A DNA stretch of 64,000 nt. Source: an uncultured Gammaproteobacteria bacterium. Its GTDB lineage: Bacteria; Pseudomonadota; Gammaproteobacteria; Nitrosococcales; Methylophagaceae. This document shows, one piece after another, positions 29,365 through 37,781 of the stretch. Position 1 is the first letter of the stretch. Each line of letters begins with the position of its first letter. Under the pieces are notes generated by a model. That model saw nothing but the letters and a program-made list of their open reading frames with translations, was not told the DNA's origin and did not search any database. The stretch lies in contig OX044353.1 in assembly GCA_943846725.1 (NCBI GenBank), positions 1,280,888 through 1,344,887 of the forward strand, given 5' to 3'. The translations under genes were made by a program, and so were the position numbers.

Positions 29365-30198
29365 TTACACGGCAATGGGTGCCTTTATATGTGCTTGAGC
29401 CTCATAGTTTATAATCTCAAAATCATCAAACTGATAATCAAAAATGGAGCCTGGCTTACGCTTGATGACTAACTGAGGCAGTGGCCCCGGCCTTCTACTA
29501 AGTTGTTCATTAACTTGGTCATAGTGATTAGCATAGATATGTGCATCGCCTATGCTGATAACGATATCCCCCACATCCAAATCACATTGTTGAGCTAGCA
29601 TATGTGTCAAGAAAGCCAAGGAAGCGGTGTTATACGGATTGCCAAGAAATAGATCATTCGAGCGGATGTACAATGAAGCACTTAATTTACCTTCAGCAAC
29701 ATAAAACTGATAGAGCAAATGACAAGGGGGTAAGGCCATTAAGCCTGCTTTTGCATTTTCCCACGGCTTTTTTGATTCATCAGGTAATAAGGCCACATTC
29801 CAACCACTAATGATATGACGACGACTATTGGGATTGTTTTTTAGGCCATCAACTAATGCTGCCACTTGATCGTGGACTTGGCCATCTTCACCTCGCCAGT
29901 TACGCCATTGTGCGCCATAAACTGGGCCTAACTCACCATCTTCTGTGGCCCAATCATCCCAAATAGAAACACCATTGTCTTGCAAATATTTAATATTGGT
30001 TTCACCACTTAGAAACCATAACAATTCATGCAAAATACTACGAATATGTAATTTTTTAGTTGTCATCAAGGGAAACCCTTCTGACAAATCGTAACGCAAT
30101 TGACGACCAAATACCGAACGGGTACCTGTCCCTGTACGGTCGCCTTTTTCAACACCGTTGTCCATTACATCTTGTAGTAATGCCAGATATTGTTTCAT
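29365..30198 (-). CDS. thyA: thymidylate synthase (ThyA type)
   Basis: 277 aa. Contains MKQYL.LL..V...G....DRTGTGT.S.FG, the active-site segment LPPCH and DAHIY. Confidence 0.95.
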   Translation of the reverse strand: MKQYLALLQDVMDNGVEKGDRTGTGTRSVFGRQLRYDLSEGFPLMTTKKLHIRSILHELLWFLSGETNIKYLQDNGVSIWDDWATEDGELGPVYGAQWRNWRGEDGQVHDQVAALVDGLKNNPNSRRHIISGWNVALLPDESKKPWENAKAGLMALPPCHLLYQFYVAEGKLSASLYIRSNDLFLGNPYNTASLAFLTHMLAQQCDLDVGDIVISIGDAHIYANHYDQVNEQLSRRPGPLPQLVIKRKPGSIFDYQFDDFEIINYEAQAHIKAPIAV

Positions 30199-30242
30199 AT
30201 TGTGTCCAACTAATTAATCAACAAAATTATGCCTACTTTAGG

Positions 30243-31172
30243 CTAGAGCGAATGTTTTTGCATCCTATATAACAGGGTATCGCGACTGATTCCTAACAGT
30301 CGTGCGGCTCTTGAACGATTACCTGATGCCATCGCTAAAGCTTGCTCGATGAGATCTAATTCGACCTGCGCCAATTTTATACCCGAAGACGGTAGGGTAA
30401 AGACATGATTACTCGCTGCAACTTCAGGCATCATTTCTGGCGGCAAATCTTCCATCTGTATTGCTTTGCCAGGGTTAAGTAAAGCCATTCTTTGGCAAAA
30501 ATGCATTAACTCTCTCACATTGCCCGGCCAAGGATAACCCAGTAAGCACCGTTCAACTTCTTTACCATAACGAACAACCGCATTATTGCCCGAAAATTCA
30601 CGACCAAAATGCCTTAATAATAAAACAATGTCATCAGCACGCTCCCTTAATGGCGGTATCGTAATAGGTACAACTTGAAGTCGATAAAATAAATCACTCC
30701 GAAAACGTCCAGCATCGACTTCATGCTGAATATCAGCACCACTAGCCGCAACAATCCTGACATCTACTTTCTGTAATTTATGGCTACCTATTAACTGACA
30801 CTCACCCGCTTCAATAAAGCGCAGTACTTTCGCTTGAATTGATAGTGGCAGTGCTTCAATATTATCTAAAAAGAGTGTGCCGCCTTCTGCTGCCAATAAG
30901 CGTCCTCTATGGGAAATATTTCCATCATCATCACAACGGCCAAATAAATCATCTTCTATACCTTCTATAGGCAAAGCGGCACAATTAATCGTGACCAATT
31001 CATTTTGTCGACGGCGGCTTTCCTTATGGATAGCCTGTGCAATTAATTCTTTGCCTGTCCCCGTCTCACCTATAATCAAAACGCTGACATCACTGACAGC
31101 GATCATCGGCAAGGTTCTTAACAAATGGGTAATTTGTGGTGATTGTCCTAAAAACGGTTGCTCTTCCATCAT
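30243..31172 (-). CDS. AAA+ enhancer-binding-protein-family transcriptional regulator without a receiver/sensor domain and without a GAFTGA loop
   Basis: 309 aa. It has Walker A GETGTGKE, Walker B GGTLFLDNIE, RFRSDLFYRL, PPLRER and a C-terminal Fis-type HTH (RSRAARLLGISRDTLLYRM). The start overlaps the upstream stop (ATGA). Confidence 0.8.
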   Translation of the reverse strand: MMEEQPFLGQSPQITHLLRTLPMIAVSDVSVLIIGETGTGKELIAQAIHKESRRRQNELVTINCAALPIEGIEDDLFGRCDDDGNISHRGRLLAAEGGTLFLDNIEALPLSIQAKVLRFIEAGECQLIGSHKLQKVDVRIVAASGADIQHEVDAGRFRSDLFYRLQVVPITIPPLRERADDIVLLLRHFGREFSGNNAVVRYGKEVERCLLGYPWPGNVRELMHFCQRMALLNPGKAIQMEDLPPEMMPEVAASNHVFTLPSSGIKLAQVELDLIEQALAMASGNRSRAARLLGISRDTLLYRMQKHSL

Positions 31173-31906
31173 CCACCTCCTTTATTAGGAGCTTGATACT
31201 CATGCGAGTCATGATTTAGATGTTCTGAATTATGGTTACTTGGTAAAAATAATGTTGCGATTGCCATTGCTATTATTAAGAGGCCAGCAATCTGCCTCAT
31301 ATGCTTTGCTTTTGCTAAAGAAGCAAGTAAACCGGTAAACAAACCCGCACCCATGACTGCTGGCAAAGTCCCAAGGCCAAAAGATAACATGACTAATGCT
31401 GCCGTCATCGGCTCTCCAACCGTTGCGGCTACTGCTAATGCTGCATAAACGAGTCCACATGGTAGCCAACCCCAAACTGCACCTAAGAAAAATGCCTGTG
31501 AATATCTACGTACAGGGAGGAGTTTTTGCCCTATCGGCTGTAAACGTCGCCAAATAGGAGCGCCAATACGCTCCATGACAGCAAATTTTGGAAACCATCC
31601 AGCTAAATAACATCCCATAGCAATCATGACGGAAACTGATAACACCCTCAATATTGCGTGACCATTAAAGTTAGCTAGCGGTGAGCTTAATAGTCCAACG
31701 ATAATACCTGCAATGACATAGCTTAAAACCCTGCCTAGGTTATAATTCAACACATAAGGCAACATTTTTCTCTGACTCTCTCTTACTTCCACAGGAAGAC
31801 TTAAAGTCAGTGCGCCAATCACAGAACCACACATCGCAATACAATGGACAGTACTAAATAAACCTAATAGAAAGGCCGTAATATACGACCCTGTTATTGC
31901 TTCCAT
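31169..31906 (-). CDS. polytopic membrane protein of the DsbD_2 / TauE-SafE-like type, with paired Cys motifs and a His-rich tail
   Basis: 245 aa with about 6 TM helices. HCIAMCG lies in TM1, LPCGLVY in a later TM, and the C-terminal tail reads SNHNSEHLNHDSHEYQ. The family name is recalled from similar HCxxMCG proteins. Confidence 0.55.
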   Translation of the reverse strand: MEAITGSYITAFLLGLFSTVHCIAMCGSVIGALTLSLPVEVRESQRKMLPYVLNYNLGRVLSYVIAGIIVGLLSSPLANFNGHAILRVLSVSVMIAMGCYLAGWFPKFAVMERIGAPIWRRLQPIGQKLLPVRRYSQAFFLGAVWGWLPCGLVYAALAVAATVGEPMTAALVMLSFGLGTLPAVMGAGLFTGLLASLAKAKHMRQIAGLLIIAMAIATLFLPSNHNSEHLNHDSHEYQAPNKGGG

Positions 31907-31971
31907 CTCAAGAAAAACCTATAAATTTGAGAAAATAATAAACACAATATCATGGCAGAAAAAACAAAAAT

Positions 31972-31987
31972 TGTGTCATTTCACACA
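31972..31987. promoter_or_regulatory. perfect palindrome TGTGT-N6-ACACA in the divergent promoter region (candidate CRP/FNR-like or other dimeric regulator site)
   Basis: The sequence ttgTGTGTcatttcACACAc lies about 75-90 nt upstream of the receptor ATG. A further ACACAAT/ATTGTGT inverted pair lies at about 31942-31948 and 31970-31976. Confidence 0.3.
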
Positions 31988-32062
31988 CTTTTGGACTGAA
32001 AAACACAGTTTTATCACTTTTTGAACTCATATAATTCTAGAGTCAACATTACGGAGCATAAA

Positions 32063-34120
32063 ATGCCGAACTATAAATTATTGCCAATACCTCTATTGCT
32101 TTTGGGTATGACTACACTTTCCTATGCAGAACAAGTCAGTTTACCCACCTTATCTGTTGAAGGCGTTGCAGGTGAAGTCGCACCCTATACATTACCTTCT
32201 TTACCAGCAAGCACAGCTGACCTCGGTGATATGGTAAAACGTCTTCCCGGTGCCACTGTTAATCGTAACGGGATTATTAGTAGCATAGCCCAATATCGTG
32301 GTTTATTCGGCCATCGCGTCAATGTCAAACTGGATGGTACTGGCATGCATGAAGCTGGACCGAACAGTATGGATGCCCCATTGAGTTATCTTGCATCTTC
32401 ACGAACTGGAAACGTATCTGTCTATCGCGGGATAGCGCCTGTTCGCACAGGAATTGAAACTATCGGTGGCACCATTGAAGCAGAGTCAAAACGCATAGAT
32501 TTCGCAACAGGTGATGAGTTTAAACTACATGGTAACTTAGTCGCTGGTTACGCTAGCCTAGGACATACCCGTCAGTCCAGTTTTACGACAGCTTTAACTA
32601 ACCAACATCATCGCATACAAGTCTCTGGTAGTTCGGATCGTGGTGATGATTTAGATTTTAAAGGTGGCACTATCCGTCCTACTAAACAGGATCGTGACTC
32701 ACTCGGTCTTCATTATGGCTATCAAAATCAGGGACACGAGCATGAAATAAATATTGAACATATTGATATGGGTGTCAATGGTACGGCAGCCTTACCGATG
32801 GACATTATCTTTTTCCGTGGCGAGCGCTATAACATGAAACATAGCGATATACTGGCTAATGGTAATCAATATGACATAACGCTACGTTACCAAGATATTG
32901 ACCATAGAATGGATAACTATAGTCATCGCACTAATTCAAATCCAATGATGCATCGTTTTGTAACGCCTGATGTTCAAGCCGGTGGCGTTAGTTTTAGCTA
33001 TAACATGGCGAATTGGACAGTTGGTTTTGATGCTGATCAAGCAGAGCACAATGCCACTGTATTTAACCCAAATAATGCTGCCTTTTTTGTTGAAAGCTTT
33101 AACGATGTAGAACGTGATCGCTATAGTATTTTCACAGAATGGCAAGGCGAAATTAGTGAACACTGGGAAATGGAAGCAGGACTCCGTTATTCTCGAATCG
33201 AAATGGATGCAGGCAATGTCGATTCCTTTGCTGGTTTACCTATGGCTGTAGGTGTACTCCGCGATCGCTTTAATAGCAGTGATCTTGATCAAGAAGATGA
33301 TCTTATTGATGTGGTCGCCACCTTTACACGCGACCTAACTGATAGCGTTGGTGTTGAAGTTGGTTTTGCTCGTAAAACAAGAGCGCCTAGCTATCATGAA
33401 CGTTATCTCTGGATCCCGTTAGAAATCACATCAGGCCTTGCCGATGGTAACAATTATGTAGGTGATGTCGATTTAGATCATGAAGTCGCTTACCAATTTG
33501 AGTTGGGACTTGATTGGCATAGTACTAATCTTGCTTTTTCACCACGTGTGTTCTACCACCACATTAATGATTATATCCAAGGTGTTTCAGGCATTACCGA
33601 CATGGCAACCATTGGTGTCAGTACTGTTAATGGCGATTCAACACCTCTTCAATATAGTAATGTGGATGCCAAACTGTATGGGCTTGATGCTAACTGGCTC
33701 TATGCCATTAATTCAGAATGGCAACTTGACGGTACTGTCAGCTATGTACGTGGTAAACGTCGTGATACAAGCGATGACTTATATCGTATATCCCCGCTAA
33801 CTGCCCGTACTATGCTGAGTTATGTACAGCCTAAATGGCGTCTTGCTATAGAGGCAGAAACCATTGCCAAGCAAAATAAAGTGTCTAGCGAAAATGGTGA
33901 AGATAAAACAGGTGGCTATGCGCTTTATCACCTATCTGGTCAATATCAAGCCACAGAGGCTATTACCTTAAGTGCAGGTGTGAATAATCTGTTTAACCGC
34001 GGTTATACCGATCACTTAGGCGGCTATAACCGTGCTGCTGGCAACCCTGATATTGCAGTTGGCGATCGTTTGCCTGGTGTTGGCCGTAGCGCTTATATCA
34101 ATGCTTCTATAAATTTCTAA
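32063..34120 (+). CDS. TonB-dependent outer-membrane receptor, OprC/NosA-like (copper-receptor clade)
   Basis: I moved the start to the ATG at 32063, which has GGAG 8 nt upstream and gives the signal peptide MPNYKLLPIPLLLLGMTTLSYA. The plug region RGLFGHRVNVKLDG...GPNSMDAPLSYL resembles the OprC plug. The C-terminal barrel ends in ...SAYINASINF. Confidence 0.8.
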   Translation: MPNYKLLPIPLLLLGMTTLSYAEQVSLPTLSVEGVAGEVAPYTLPSLPASTADLGDMVKRLPGATVNRNGIISSIAQYRGLFGHRVNVKLDGTGMHEAGPNSMDAPLSYLASSRTGNVSVYRGIAPVRTGIETIGGTIEAESKRIDFATGDEFKLHGNLVAGYASLGHTRQSSFTTALTNQHHRIQVSGSSDRGDDLDFKGGTIRPTKQDRDSLGLHYGYQNQGHEHEINIEHIDMGVNGTAALPMDIIFFRGERYNMKHSDILANGNQYDITLRYQDIDHRMDNYSHRTNSNPMMHRFVTPDVQAGGVSFSYNMANWTVGFDADQAEHNATVFNPNNAAFFVESFNDVERDRYSIFTEWQGEISEHWEMEAGLRYSRIEMDAGNVDSFAGLPMAVGVLRDRFNSSDLDQEDDLIDVVATFTRDLTDSVGVEVGFARKTRAPSYHERYLWIPLEITSGLADGNNYVGDVDLDHEVAYQFELGLDWHSTNLAFSPRVFYHHINDYIQGVSGITDMATIGVSTVNGDSTPLQYSNVDAKLYGLDANWLYAINSEWQLDGTVSYVRGKRRDTSDDLYRISPLTARTMLSYVQPKWRLAIEAETIAKQNKVSSENGEDKTGGYALYHLSGQYQATEAITLSAGVNNLFNRGYTDHLGGYNRAAGNPDIAVGDRLPGVGRSAYINASINF

Positions 34121-34330
34121 ACTTCGATATTCATCTCCTTAAGTTCCTCTCCGTCTGGAGAGGAGCTTGGCCTTCGGAAACATCGCCACACCTCCTATTG
34201 AAAACCACTGCTACACCACCCATTATCTTCATATGAACAATTAGCGCCGTCACGCTATACTATCTCTACTTTTTGATGGCTTCTTAATTACGCCCTATTA
34301 GATTCTTAGAATCAACCTAAGGTTTTTACA

Positions 34331-35350
34331 ATGAATTTTTACCCTCTTATCGTCAGTGAAATTATCGACGAGACTCCGCTAGCACGATCGTTTATTTTAA
34401 AAGTAGATGATAAATATCAAAGTCAGTTTAATTTTAAAGCCGGTCAATTTCTTTCATTAAGACTATCTTGGCAACAAAGTTATTTAGATAGATGTTACTC
34501 ATTGTCAAACCTACCTGGAGATCCAACAGGTTTAAAAATTACTGTTAAGCGAGTTAAAGATGGTCGCGCCTCAAACCTACTGAACGATTCAATAAAAGAA
34601 GGCGACATTATTGATGTTGCACCACCTAGTGGCCGTTTTACACTAAGCAAGAACCCACCACCGTCATTGACATTATTTGCTGCAGGAAGTGGTATTACCC
34701 CTGTCATTTCAATCATTAAATATGCACTAGCCGAAACAGACCTAACAATAAAGCTGCTTTACGCGAACTCTAACCGCCAGCAGAGCATTTTTGCTGCCGA
34801 ACTAGAAGAATTACAGCAACAATATCCTGATCGGTTTAGCTGTGTTCATCATATTAGCAGTGAAAGTGGTCGTGTTGATCAAAAAGCCGTTCACCACTTT
34901 ATTAACGACAATTTACAAACTCATTTTTATATTTGTGGCCCGACACCCTTTATGGACTTGATTGAAAATGTCCTAGGCGAAATAGGTGTCGAAAATAATA
35001 CTATTTTCACCGAGCGCTTTATTTCAGATGCTGAGCCTGCAATTGATGAGAAGCCAGATATCGCAACGGATATTAATTCGTTTACTGCTATTTTGGATGA
35101 TACAAAACACACAGTGCCCTATTTAGAGGGTAAAACACTGCTTGAAAGCATGCTCGCCCATGATCTCAAGCCTGCTTATTTTTGCCAGCAAGCACGTTGT
35201 GGTATGTGTATGGTCACTAAACTAGAAGGTGAAGTGGTCATGAGAAACAGTGAAATTTTATCTGCGACTGATAAAGAAAAAGATATGATTTTATTATGCC
35301 AGTCCTTACCTTTGACTGAGAATATCACTGTCAATTGTGATCTTAAATAA
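34331..35350 (+). CDS. FNR-type oxidoreductase (FAD/NAD(P)-binding domains plus a C-terminal plant-type 2Fe-2S ferredoxin domain)
   Basis: 339 aa. It has the FAD motif RCYSLS, the NAD motif LFAAGSGITP and the cluster motif C-x4-C-x2-C (CQQARCGMC) with a later LLCQS. Confidence 0.8.
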   Translation: MNFYPLIVSEIIDETPLARSFILKVDDKYQSQFNFKAGQFLSLRLSWQQSYLDRCYSLSNLPGDPTGLKITVKRVKDGRASNLLNDSIKEGDIIDVAPPSGRFTLSKNPPPSLTLFAAGSGITPVISIIKYALAETDLTIKLLYANSNRQQSIFAAELEELQQQYPDRFSCVHHISSESGRVDQKAVHHFINDNLQTHFYICGPTPFMDLIENVLGEIGVENNTIFTERFISDAEPAIDEKPDIATDINSFTAILDDTKHTVPYLEGKTLLESMLAHDLKPAYFCQQARCGMCMVTKLEGEVVMRNSEILSATDKEKDMILLCQSLPLTENITVNCDLK

Positions 35351-35367
35351 CCTCAATTGCTCAAAAA

Positions 35368-36876
35368 TTAACTAATAATTAATTGATAATCAATGCGACT
35401 GAGGTAATCAGCTTCTTTCTGTAGATCAGCTCCAGTTAGAGGGTGTTGTTCAAGCCAAGCTGGCGATAGGCTCAATTGAATCACCTTATCCTCAATCGAA
35501 AGCTCAGGAAAGGTATCGACTTCCTCTGAACGGCCGCGATTAAAAACCATGGCTAAACGTAACAGAATAGTTAAATATTTGGTTGGACGCCTCAACTCTT
35601 TTGGCAATGCCTTAAAATGTTTTTGAGGGAATTTCTTTCTTTGCCCTAAGACTAAGAGTGCCAATATTAATTGCTCCTCACGTGAAAAACCGGGCAGACT
35701 CGAATTAGCCAATAGATAAAATGAATGCTTATGAAACTGATCATGTGAAATGGACAACCCTACTTCATGTAGCCTACCGGCCCAACTCAACTGCGCTTTA
35801 TTCTCATCATCGAGTTCACAAGATTTTCGCACTTGCTCAAAAAATTGATCGGCCATGGTAATAACATGGTCCGCTTGTTTTTCATCAATTTGATAGCGCC
35901 GACCGAATGCTAAAACTGTTCTATCCCGTTCGTCATCATGCTGAATTCGACCTAGCAAGTCATATAATAAGCCTTCACGTAGAGCGCCATCTGACACTAT
36001 CATTCGATCAATTCGCAATCTGTCGAATGAGGCTTTCAGTACAGCTACGCCACCTGGAAGAACAGATGCGCGCTCTGCACTTAGACCTGTGAGATTAAGC
36101 TCACTAATATGACTAACTGAAGTAATAGCATTAACTAAATTATCTAAGGCCTGTGGTGTAATGACGCCATCTTCAGCCCAGCCTTGTTCTTTAATAATGT
36201 TAGCCGCACAACGAATAGTACCTGAAGCGCCTACCGCTTCAGCCCACCCGGCCTTACGGTAGGGTTGCTGAATAGCACGTAACTCAGAACTGGCAGCAAT
36301 AACCGCTTTTTTCATCATTGTTTGAGAGATAACGCCATCAGGAAAGTATCGTTGTGAAAAACTAACACAGCCCATGGAAAGACTTTCTCGTTCTATCCAG
36401 AAATCACCCTCGCCGATAATAAACTCGGTACTACCACCACCGATATCCATCACTAAGCGTCGGCTATTATCAAATGCAAGGGCGTGAGAGACACCTAAGT
36501 AAATAAGGCGTGCTTCCTCCTCACCCGCCACTACTTCAATAGGATGTCCAAGCGCTTTTCTAGCCTTTCTAAGAAACTCCTGACTATTTTTAGCAACGCG
36601 TAAAGTATTGGTGCCCACCACACGAACACTACCCTCTGGTAGATCTCTAATCCTTTCACCAAATCGCTCTAAACAGGCAATTGCACGTTGTTGAGATACT
36701 TTATTTAGATTGCCTCTCCTGTCGATTCCAGCTCTGAGCTGTACCATTTCGCGTAAGCGATCCATCACTTGGAAATGTCCATCTCTCAGACGAGCAATAA
36801 TCATGTGAAAACTGTTTGATCCTAAGTCTATAGCAGCCAGGATTGCATGTTCATCTTCTTGTTGTGTGGTGCTCAT
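35368..36876 (-). CDS. ppx: exopolyphosphatase / GppA-family phosphatase
   Basis: 502 aa. The ASKHA motifs AAIDLGSNSFHM and DIGGGSTE are present, with a C-terminal HD-like domain. Confidence 0.88.
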   Translation of the reverse strand: MSTTQQEDEHAILAAIDLGSNSFHMIIARLRDGHFQVMDRLREMVQLRAGIDRRGNLNKVSQQRAIACLERFGERIRDLPEGSVRVVGTNTLRVAKNSQEFLRKARKALGHPIEVVAGEEEARLIYLGVSHALAFDNSRRLVMDIGGGSTEFIIGEGDFWIERESLSMGCVSFSQRYFPDGVISQTMMKKAVIAASSELRAIQQPYRKAGWAEAVGASGTIRCAANIIKEQGWAEDGVITPQALDNLVNAITSVSHISELNLTGLSAERASVLPGGVAVLKASFDRLRIDRMIVSDGALREGLLYDLLGRIQHDDERDRTVLAFGRRYQIDEKQADHVITMADQFFEQVRKSCELDDENKAQLSWAGRLHEVGLSISHDQFHKHSFYLLANSSLPGFSREEQLILALLVLGQRKKFPQKHFKALPKELRRPTKYLTILLRLAMVFNRGRSEEVDTFPELSIEDKVIQLSLSPAWLEQHPLTGADLQKEADYLSRIDYQLIIS

Positions 36877-36980
36877 CTCTACTCTTTAGTCACATCATTT
36901 AACAATGCAATAGTGATACATTGCTTGCGCTTTAACAAGCCATTATTTCTAACTTTAAATAAAACAAGATGATAGAAACA

Positions 36981-37016
36981 AAAAAGCCCATGCTCATTAA
37001 TAAGCATGGGCTTTTT
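36981..37016 (-). terminator. rho-independent terminator after phoU (A-tract/T-tract flanked, potentially bidirectional)
   Basis: A perfect 9-bp stem GCCCATGCT / AGCATGGGC (about 36986-36994 and 37003-37011) has an 8-nt loop. It is flanked by AAAAA and TTTTT. Confidence 0.75.
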
Positions 37017-37034
37017 ATTAAAATTGAGTGACTG

Positions 37035-37754
37035 TTATTTTTTGCCCGCTTTTTTTACGACTTTTTCCATTTTTTCTAAACTTAAATGGCGAACATCTTT
37101 CCCTTCAACCAAATAAATAACATGCTCGCAGATATTACAAGCATGATCAGCTATTCGCTCAAATGAGCGAGCAGACCACATCATATCAATGGCTTTGGTC
37201 ACTGTACGCGGGTCTTCCATCATATAAGTAATTAACTGACGGATAATACCTTCGTATTCACCATCAATCTCACGATCTTCTTGTGCCACACGAATCGCTT
37301 GCTTAATATCTAAACGTGCAAAAGCATCAAGTGCATCACGCAACATACCTTGCACATGATTTCCCATTGACAATAATTCGCGGTAGTTCTTTTTAGGTCG
37401 GTCTTTTTCAGACAAATTCATCGCCATACGCGCGATACTGACTGACTCATCACCAATTCGCTCTAAATCGGTAATGGTTTTTAAAATACCTGCTACCAGT
37501 CTCAGGTCACCTGCAGTTGGCTGTCTTAGTGCAATGATTTGAATGCATTCTTCATCAATCGTCACTTCCAGCTCATTAACATCCTCGTCAAGACTGATGA
37601 CACTACGAGCCAACTCACTATCTGCTGTCATCAATGCTTCTTGAGCGTTATTAACTTGTTGTTCGACTAAACCACCCATTGCCAAAACAAGTGAACGAAT
37701 ATCTTCCAATTCTTTTTCAAACTGTTGTGAAATATGTTGTGAATTTGTAACCAT
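37035..37754 (-). CDS. phoU: phosphate signalling complex protein
   Basis: 239 aa with two PhoU repeats (DLERIGDE and FERIADHACN). It lies after pstB. Confidence 0.93.
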   Translation of the reverse strand: MVTNSQHISQQFEKELEDIRSLVLAMGGLVEQQVNNAQEALMTADSELARSVISLDEDVNELEVTIDEECIQIIALRQPTAGDLRLVAGILKTITDLERIGDESVSIARMAMNLSEKDRPKKNYRELLSMGNHVQGMLRDALDAFARLDIKQAIRVAQEDREIDGEYEGIIRQLITYMMEDPRTVTKAIDMMWSARSFERIADHACNICEHVIYLVEGKDVRHLSLEKMEKVVKKAGKK

Positions 37755-37781
37755 TTTGTTCTCCTAATCGCTCCTAGCCAA

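Noticed and set aside
31907-32062. I looked for a sigma-54 (-24 GG / -12 GC) promoter, a Fur box and a cobalamin riboswitch upstream of the TonB-dependent receptor.
   Set aside because: No GG-N10-GC element has TGGCAC/TTGC context. The best Fur-like stretch (about 31930-31950, gaaaataataaacacaata) matches only about 13 of 19 consensus positions in an AT-rich spacer. The leader is too short and lacks a B12-box for a riboswitch.
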